From: Acutalibacteraceae bacterium
GTDB taxonomy: Bacteria > Bacillota > Clostridia > Oscillospirales > Acutalibacteraceae
NCBI GenBank assembly: GCA_036308645.1
Contig: JAXJVH010000007.1
Location: forward strand, 1 to 64,000
DNA: 64,000 nucleotides
Direction: 5' to 3'
Shown here piece after piece: positions 58,124 through 64,000 of the stretch. The notes beneath the pieces are model-generated. The model searched no databases. It was not told the DNA's origin and saw only the letters and a program-made list of their open reading frames with translations. A program made the translations under genes and the position numbers. Within the stretch, counting starts at the first letter, position 1; every line of letters begins with the position of its first letter.

Positions 58124-59941
58124 TTATTCGGCGTCTTTTTTGCCTACCGTTAATTTAAGTATAGTCAATACAACGATTGTTACGGCAATCATAACAGGAA
58201 GTACAATCCAAGCATTCTGAATTAATCCTGCGAGGATATAACCTACAAATGAAATGCCTGCAACTGTTAAAGCATAAGGCAACTGTGTGGAAACGTGGTT
58301 AATGTGGTCGCACTGCGCACCTGCCGAAGCCATAATGGTTGTATCGGAAATCGGTGAGCAATGGTCGCCGCAAACCGCACCCGCCATACAAGCAGAAACT
58401 GCGATAATCGTGATTGTGCCGTCTGTTCCGCTGAATACGCTGAGTACGATAGGAATAAGAATGCCGAAAGTACCCCAAGAAGTACCTGTTGCAAACGAAA
58501 GACCGACTGCGATAAGGAATATAATAGCCGGCAAGAAGTTTTTGAATGCGCCTGCCGAACCTTCGATAAGTTGTGAAATAAAGATTTTTGCACCAATGCT
58601 GTCAGTCATAGTCTTTAATGTCCAAGCGCAAACCAAAATCATAATCGCAGGAACCATTGCTTTAAATCCTTCGGGAATTGCACCCATACAATCTTTAAAT
58701 GAAATTACTCTGCGGCAGATAAAGTAGATGATTGCAAAAATTATTGTTATAAACGAACCGTAAACCAAACCTACCGAGGCATCACTGTTTGAAAAAGCAG
58801 TGACAAAACTTCTGTAAGCTTCTTCATCACCTTCGTTAAAGAATCCGCCCGAATAAATCATACCGATAATGCAAGCGATAATTAAGAACAATACAGGAAT
58901 AATAAGGTCGCAAACCTTGCCTTTCGGATTAACCTCTTCTTCACTCTCTTTGCTTACAATACCCTTTGTTGTAAAGATATCGCCGTTTTTGAGAGCGTTT
59001 ATCTCGTGTTTTTTCATCGGGCCGTAATCAAACTTTGTTACAGCCAAGAAAATCATCATTACAATTGTAAGCAATGCGTAGAAGTTAAACGGAATAGCCT
59101 GAATAAACAACGACATACCGCTTTCACTTCCTGCGCCTTTTGCAAAACCCGCAACGGCAGCCGCCCACGAAGAAATCGGCGCAATAATGCAAACAGGCGC
59201 TGCGGTAGCGTCAATCAAATAAGCAAGTTTTGCACGTGAAACCTTTTTCTTATCGGTTACGGGACGCATTACAGAGCCTACTGTTAAGCAGTTAAAGTAA
59301 TCGTCAATAAAAATAAGTACGCCGAGAGCGATAGACGCTAATTGAGCGCCGACTCTTGATTTAATATGAGTTGAAGCCCAGTGTCCGAAAGCGGCGGAGG
59401 CTCCGGTTTTGTTCATCATAGCAACCAAAGCACCGAGCAAAACCAAGAATATAATAATACCTATATAATAAGCGTCGGCAACGGTGTTGATGAAACCGTC
59501 CTGGAAAACATGAACTATTGTTGTTTCAAACATATTTGCGCTGCCGAATGAATAAATGATACCGCCGGCAAGAATACCCAAGAACAACGATGAGTAAACC
59601 TCTTTTGTAATAAGCGCAAGCACAATAGCAAGCAGCGGCGGAATAAGCGACCAGAAAGTTGCATAATTGCTGATTGAATTTCTTACCGTAGCAAGAGCGC
59701 TGTCGATATGCTCCTCAAAGCCCTCGTCGTTAGTAAGATTATCAGCGTAAGAGTCAACATAAGCGCCTGCCGATTCGCTGTCTGTTAAATCATATTCGGT
59801 TGCTTCGCCGTCGATTTCAACAGAAAAAGTTTCGGGTGCTTTTACACTTTCCGCACCTTCTGCACTTACGGTAACGCAACACATTAAGCAAGCGATTAAT
59901 GAAATTACCGCAACCGCAAAAAGTCTTTTAAACTTTGTCAT
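58124..59941 (-). CDS. nhaC: NhaC-family Na+/H+ antiporter with an N-terminal signal peptide and a ~80-aa acidic extracytoplasmic domain
   Basis: Polytopic NhaC core. Start MTKFKRLF at 59941 with a GGGAGAG RBS; the track ORF extends to 60142. Confidence 0.7.
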   Translation of the reverse strand: MTKFKRLFAVAVISLIACLMCCVTVSAEGAESVKAPETFSVEIDGEATEYDLTDSESAGAYVDSYADNLTNDEGFEEHIDSALATVRNSISNYATFWSLIPPLLAIVLALITKEVYSSLFLGILAGGIIYSFGSANMFETTIVHVFQDGFINTVADAYYIGIIIFLVLLGALVAMMNKTGASAAFGHWASTHIKSRVGAQLASIALGVLIFIDDYFNCLTVGSVMRPVTDKKKVSRAKLAYLIDATAAPVCIIAPISSWAAAVAGFAKGAGSESGMSLFIQAIPFNFYALLTIVMMIFLAVTKFDYGPMKKHEINALKNGDIFTTKGIVSKESEEEVNPKGKVCDLIIPVLFLIIACIIGMIYSGGFFNEGDEEAYRSFVTAFSNSDASVGLVYGSFITIIFAIIYFICRRVISFKDCMGAIPEGFKAMVPAIMILVCAWTLKTMTDSIGAKIFISQLIEGSAGAFKNFLPAIIFLIAVGLSFATGTSWGTFGILIPIVLSVFSGTDGTITIIAVSACMAGAVCGDHCSPISDTTIMASAGAQCDHINHVSTQLPYALTVAGISFVGYILAGLIQNAWIVLPVMIAVTIVVLTILKLTVGKKDAE

Positions 59942-60275
59942 TTTGTTCTCTCCCTTTTTTAAAAATAAAAAAATCCGTAATATGCAAAACGCTACTACAG
60001 ATTTCAAAAAAGTTCTTAATGAAAAAAGATAGCGCTCCACATTAATTAAATAATGTGACAGTGCGTTACATATTCTGCAATGCACCAACCAAGACTGTAC
60101 GGCAAAGAAAAAAGCCTTGATTTCGGCGATACTTCCTTTCACCCGATGTTATTTTTAAAACATGCCTTTTTTCATCGGAATACTGATAAGCACCGCACCT
60201 CTATCAAATATTTAATTTTACAAGGTAATAATAAACCTATATAGGTGTTTTGTCAAGAACTTTGTTAACAAAATA

Positions 60276-60932
60276 TTAATTTTTTGTGGATTTTTTATGT
60301 TTTTGTTTATACTCTTTGCAGATTTCCTGCATTTCACACTCTTCGCATTTCGGCGTAGGCGCTTTGCAAACATCTCTGCCGAAATGAACTATTCTATGGC
60401 AAAAATCAGAACTTTTTTCAGGCGGAAGAATTTTTTTAAGCGCCATTTCAACTTTATAAGGGTCTTTTGTATCAACAAGTCCCAATCGGTTTGAAATTCT
60501 TATCAAATGAGTATCCGTAACAACCGCAGGTTGTTTGTAAACGTCGCCCATAATAAGATTAGCGGTTTTTCTGCCTATTCCGGGCAGTTTTGTCAGTTTT
60601 TCAATGCTGTCGGGAACTACTCCGCCGAATTCATCACGCAGCATTTGACACATTGCGACAATATCTCGTGCTTTAGTCTTATATAATCCGCAAGAGTGAA
60701 TTATATTTTCAACGTCTTTTACATCAGCCTCGGCAAATGCTTCAATGCTTTGGTATTTTTCAAATAACGGCCCTGTCACAATATTAACTCGAGCGTCGGT
60801 GCATTGAGCCGAAAGCCTTGTGGCAATAAGCAGTTCGTGCGGCGCTTTTGCAACCAACGAGCAAAAGGCCTCGGGATACCTTTTTTCTAATTTTTCTATA
60901 GCAGCAAGCGCCTTTTCTTTTTTCGTCATCAC
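60276..60932 (-). CDS. nth: Endonuclease III
   Basis: 218 aa with HhH-GPD (LPGIGRKTA) and a C-terminal Cx6Cx2Cx5C 4Fe-4S cluster. Confidence 0.9.
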   Translation of the reverse strand: MMTKKEKALAAIEKLEKRYPEAFCSLVAKAPHELLIATRLSAQCTDARVNIVTGPLFEKYQSIEAFAEADVKDVENIIHSCGLYKTKARDIVAMCQMLRDEFGGVVPDSIEKLTKLPGIGRKTANLIMGDVYKQPAVVTDTHLIRISNRLGLVDTKDPYKVEMALKKILPPEKSSDFCHRIVHFGRDVCKAPTPKCEECEMQEICKEYKQKHKKSTKN

Positions 60933-61251
60933 TTTTCTCCGTTTAAATCTTTTTTCTTTATTTTACTCTTTTTTTATCCTCTTTTCAACCGCAAAATAAA
61001 TAATACTATCAGTATAATTTATCACAATTTTATCAATTTTTAAACTTATGTAACCTTAATCTTTAACACGCAGATTTACATAAAATTATGCTTGTTTTTT
61101 TAAAAATGCCTTGATTTTCACGTTTTTTGTGTTGAAAACTATGTTAAAAATGTTAATACTCAATGTATTTATAAAAAATTACGGTAAACAAATTGTTATC
61201 TTTCAAACCGAAAAATTTACAGATTGTAGATAAAATTAGTAATTTTTTATA

Positions 61252-61280
61252 TTTACAAGCGGAATATTTTGTGATAGAAT
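61252..61280 (+). promoter_or_regulatory. Candidate promoter TTTACA-17-(TG)ATAGAAT for the polysaccharide locus
   Basis: -35 at 61252-61257, extended -10 TGATAGAAT at 61272-61280. Confidence 0.45.
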
Positions 61281-61348
61281 AAAAATAACATAAATTTATC
61301 GTGAAATATTATGCTTTTTTAAATATATTGATTTAGGAGTGAATATTT

Positions 61349-63250
61349 TTGCTTCAGAAAACTAAAAAGATTTTAAGCCTTTTAGCGCTTATGCTATGGG
61401 ATGTTTTTTCAATGGTTGCAAGTATATTTTTAAGCAACCTTTTAACTGCTTATGAATATTGGTACAGAGGGGCGGGTGTTTGGTATAATCCGCTTTCATG
61501 GATCTCTCCTACCGATATGCCCGCAGGCGGCGACCATCTGCTTTTGTTTATTTTGGCGTCGGCAGGCGTGTTGTTACTGTTTAATATAATTTTCGGTAAT
61601 TATAACAGCGTTTTAAAACATTTTGGTTTAGGCGAAGTTTTAAAATGTATTCTTACCTGCATTACCTACGGTATTACTTTTTACATTTGCGATATTTATT
61701 TTTTAAAGGTTTACGAGGGCAGCGAAGTTCGCTTTACAATGACTCTCACCGCAATTGTGCTTATTTTACAACTTGCAGGCAGAAGTTCCGTAAGAATATT
61801 TAATGAACTTCATGCAAAAATACACACCGTATCGGTTCAAAAATCAGGCGAACTTGTCAGAACGCTTATTTTCGGTGCGGGTGAAGCAGGCGCATATTTC
61901 TGTGCAAAGCATAAAAAAGACCTTTATACAAAAGTATACCCCGTAGTATTTATTGATGACGACCCTGCCCTTTATCACACAAAGGTGCATGGAATTAAGG
62001 TTTACGGCGGCTCTGAAAAATTAGAAGAGGCGATAAACAAATTCCAAATTGAAGAGGTTATCGTCGCTATTCCGACCGCTTCAAAACAGGTATTAAAATT
62101 CGTCGTTGATATTTGTCGCAGAAACAACTGCAAAATTCAGCGTTTCGGTAATATTGACGATGTGGATTTGTCAAACGTTAAACTTACAAATATCGACCTT
62201 GTAGAACTTTTACGCCGTGACAAGGTTACGCTTAATATGAAAGCGGTTGAAGATTTTATTAAAGATAAAACCGTTTTAGTTACAGGCGGCGCAGGCTCTA
62301 TCGGCTCTGAAATTTGCCGTCAGGTGCTTTCATTCGGCTGTAAGCATTTGGTGGTATTTGATATCCACGAAAACGGTCTTTTTGATATTGAAAACGAACT
62401 TAAAGTAAAATATGAAGGCAAATTCAGTCTGCGGCTCGGCTCTATTCGAGATACCGTAAGACTTGAAGAAGTTTTTAAAGAGTTTAAACCGCAGGTTGTA
62501 TTCCATGCGGCGGCTCACAAGCACGTTCCTATGATGGAGTATTCGCCTAAAGAGGCTATTAAAAACAATGTTCGCGGCACTATTAACGTGGCTATGCAGT
62601 CGATTATTAATAAGGTTGAAAAATTCATTCTTATTTCTACAGACAAAGCGGTTAACCCGACTAATATTATGGGTGCTTCAAAGCGAATTGCCGAGCAGGC
62701 TATACAGTTGCTTAACACCATGTCGGATACCGATTTGTCCGCAGTACGTTTCGGAAATGTTTTGGGTTCTAACGGCTCGGTTGTACCCGTTTTCAGAAAG
62801 CAGATTGAAGAGGGCGGTCCGGTCACCGTTACTCACCCCGAAATGAGAAGATATTTCATGACTATTCCCGAAGCCGTTCAACTTGTGCTTGAAGCAGGCG
62901 CAATGGCTGACGGCGGCGAGATTTTTGTACTTAATATGGGCGACCCGGTTAAGATTTACGACCTCGCTTGCGACCTTATCAGACTTTCGGGACTTGAACC
63001 TGAGGTTGATATTGATATTGTTTTTACAGGACTTCGTCCCGGCGAAAAGTTGTTTGAAGAAATAAGTATGCGTGATGAAGATGTTACCAAAACCGATAAT
63101 GATAAAATCTTTATTATGAAACCTATGGAGTTCGACTCCGATACGCTTTCAAGAAATATTAAAGATCTTGAACGTTCGGCAATAGAAGATACGCCGCAGG
63201 AAATGTTTAAAATTGTTAAAAAACTTGTTCCTACTTTTAAGCATAAATAA
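61349..63250 (+). CDS. capD: Membrane-anchored UDP-sugar 4,6-dehydratase (CapD/PglF/WbpM family)
   Basis: 633 aa with N-terminal transmembrane helices, a Rossmann motif (TGGAGSIGSEI) and an SDR extended-family core. Confidence 0.85.
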   Translation: MLQKTKKILSLLALMLWDVFSMVASIFLSNLLTAYEYWYRGAGVWYNPLSWISPTDMPAGGDHLLLFILASAGVLLLFNIIFGNYNSVLKHFGLGEVLKCILTCITYGITFYICDIYFLKVYEGSEVRFTMTLTAIVLILQLAGRSSVRIFNELHAKIHTVSVQKSGELVRTLIFGAGEAGAYFCAKHKKDLYTKVYPVVFIDDDPALYHTKVHGIKVYGGSEKLEEAINKFQIEEVIVAIPTASKQVLKFVVDICRRNNCKIQRFGNIDDVDLSNVKLTNIDLVELLRRDKVTLNMKAVEDFIKDKTVLVTGGAGSIGSEICRQVLSFGCKHLVVFDIHENGLFDIENELKVKYEGKFSLRLGSIRDTVRLEEVFKEFKPQVVFHAAAHKHVPMMEYSPKEAIKNNVRGTINVAMQSIINKVEKFILISTDKAVNPTNIMGASKRIAEQAIQLLNTMSDTDLSAVRFGNVLGSNGSVVPVFRKQIEEGGPVTVTHPEMRRYFMTIPEAVQLVLEAGAMADGGEIFVLNMGDPVKIYDLACDLIRLSGLEPEVDIDIVFTGLRPGEKLFEEISMRDEDVTKTDNDKIFIMKPMEFDSDTLSRNIKDLERSAIEDTPQEMFKIVKKLVPTFKHK

Positions 63251-63266
63251 TTAGTGAGGTTTTCTT

Positions 63267-63953
63267 TTGAAACGATTTGAAGATTTACCCGAGCGGTTTC
63301 AAAACGAAGCGGTACGGGAGTATTATGACATTTTGGCTCATAAAAAGGTCACGTTGTTTTTCAAAAAACTGCTTGACACTTTGTTTGCTTTGATATTATT
63401 TATATTGCTTTTACCTATTTTTATTATTTTGGCGGTTGCGGTAAAAGTAACCTCAAAAGGCAAAATAATTTTCAAACAAAAACGCGTCGGTAAATACGGA
63501 AAGGAATTTTATGTGTTAAAATTCCGTACCATGGTTACAGACGCAGAAAAACAAGGCAAACAGATTACCGTAGGCGAGCGTGACCCAAGAATTACAAATA
63601 TAGGTCACTTTTTGCGTAAATTCCGCCTTGATGAATTTCCGCAACTTATCAATGTGATAAAAGGCGAAATGAGTTTTGTAGGCGCAAGACCCGAAGTACC
63701 GTATTATGTTGATTGCTATACCGATGAAATGATGGCTACTTTGTTGCTTGAACCGGGAATTACGGGAACTGCCTCAATCTTTTTCAAAGACGAGGCAAAA
63801 ATGCTTGAAATTGAGCCTGATGCGGAAAAGTGCTATATAAACCATATACTCCCCGAAAAAATGCGACTTAACCTTGATTATTTAAAAGATTTATCAATAT
63901 GGTATGATATAAAACTGATTTTTAAAACTGTATTCGCAGTATCACAAGGATAA
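63267..63953 (+). CDS. Undecaprenyl-phosphate sugar phosphotransferase (bacterial sugar transferase, PglC/WbaP C-terminal type)
   Basis: 228 aa with one transmembrane segment plus the conserved KFRTM...DE(F/L)PQL...GxMSxVGxRP block. Confidence 0.85.
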   Translation: MKRFEDLPERFQNEAVREYYDILAHKKVTLFFKKLLDTLFALILFILLLPIFIILAVAVKVTSKGKIIFKQKRVGKYGKEFYVLKFRTMVTDAEKQGKQITVGERDPRITNIGHFLRKFRLDEFPQLINVIKGEMSFVGARPEVPYYVDCYTDEMMATLLLEPGITGTASIFFKDEAKMLEIEPDAEKCYINHILPEKMRLNLDYLKDLSIWYDIKLIFKTVFAVSQG

Positions 63954-63954
63954 A

Positions 63955-63993
63955 AGAACAGAGAGCAATCATCTTGATTACTCTCTGTTTTTC
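63955..63993 (+). terminator. Intrinsic terminator
   Basis: Stem AACAGAGAG / CTCTCTGTT followed by TTTC. Confidence 0.6.
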
Positions 63994-64000
63994 TACAAAT

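Noticed and set aside
567-62881. Dozens of 60-165-aa ORFs on the opposite strand or in alternative frames inside long conserved genes (e.g. 567-752, 1867-2253, 4184-4609, 20474-20922, 37269-37649, 41114-41611, 56052-56501, 58287-58727)
   Set aside because: All lie wholly within well-supported CDSs. Their translations are low-complexity or compositionally biased, and they have no RBS or start-codon context. They are typical shadow ORFs.
1-64000. Looked for CRISPR arrays, tRNA or rRNA genes, integrases or transposases, toxin-antitoxin pairs and restriction-modification or other defence genes
   Set aside because: No direct-repeat-spacer array, no cloverleaf-compatible tRNA-like segment, and no recognisable mobile-element or defence protein families were found. 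The window is dominated by biosynthetic operons.

Overview
This 64-kb window is an AT-rich Firmicutes (Clostridia-like) chromosomal segment that is almost entirely core metabolism; I found no CRISPR array, IS element, rRNA or tRNA. From start to end it contains:

- 137-8981, minus strand: an acyl-CoA synthetase followed by a type II fatty-acid synthesis cluster (accA, accD, fabZ, fabF, fabG, fabD, fabK, acpP, fabH). It has no accB or accC.
- 9150-11505, plus strand: a divergent ECF sigma factor with a zf-HC2 anti-sigma factor, then cysK and maf.
- 11855-18377, minus strand: a complete Pho regulon unit (phoR, phoP, phoU, pstB, pstA, pstC, pstS) with GTTAAC direct repeats 11 bp apart upstream of pstS.
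- 18735-21467, plus strand: a putative HTH protein, an NfeD-like protein carrying a His/Asp-rich repeat, and flotillin.
- 21984-24057, minus strand: rpsF-ssb-rpsR and galU.
- 24102-26611, minus strand: two paralogous zinc-ribbon membrane proteins and a NUDIX hydrolase.
- 26810-34564, plus strand: mnmG, a CDF transporter, a hypothetical membrane protein and a 1237-aa secreted SGNH-hydrolase multidomain protein.
- 34782-43202, plus strand: a full histidine operon led by a TrpR/YerC-family (HisR-like) gene, then hisZ-hisG fused into one ORF, hisD, hisC, hisB, hisH, hisA, hisF, hisIE and a PHP-type histidinol phosphatase.
- 43283-56787, minus strand: an arginine/carbamoyl-phosphate operon (argG, argH, argC, argJ, a NUDIX gene, argB, argD, argF, carA) ending in a carB whose C-terminus is fused in frame to a complete diaminopimelate epimerase (DapF). 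A consensus promoter and a palindromic ARG-box-like site lie upstream.
- 57120-63953: a LysR regulator, an NhaC antiporter, endonuclease III, and the start of an exopolysaccharide locus (capD-like dehydratase and a sugar phosphotransferase).

The most unusual non-coding signal is a GGAGGGAG-rich, multi-hairpin repeated element of at least 127-168 bp with 17-18 bp terminal inverted repeats. It occurs twice (1-127 and 11640-11805, about 96% identical), each time just downstream of the 3' end of a minus-strand gene. It is a candidate miniature mobile element or structured RNA. The two in-frame fusions (HisZ-HisG and CarB-DapF) are the most unusual coding features.
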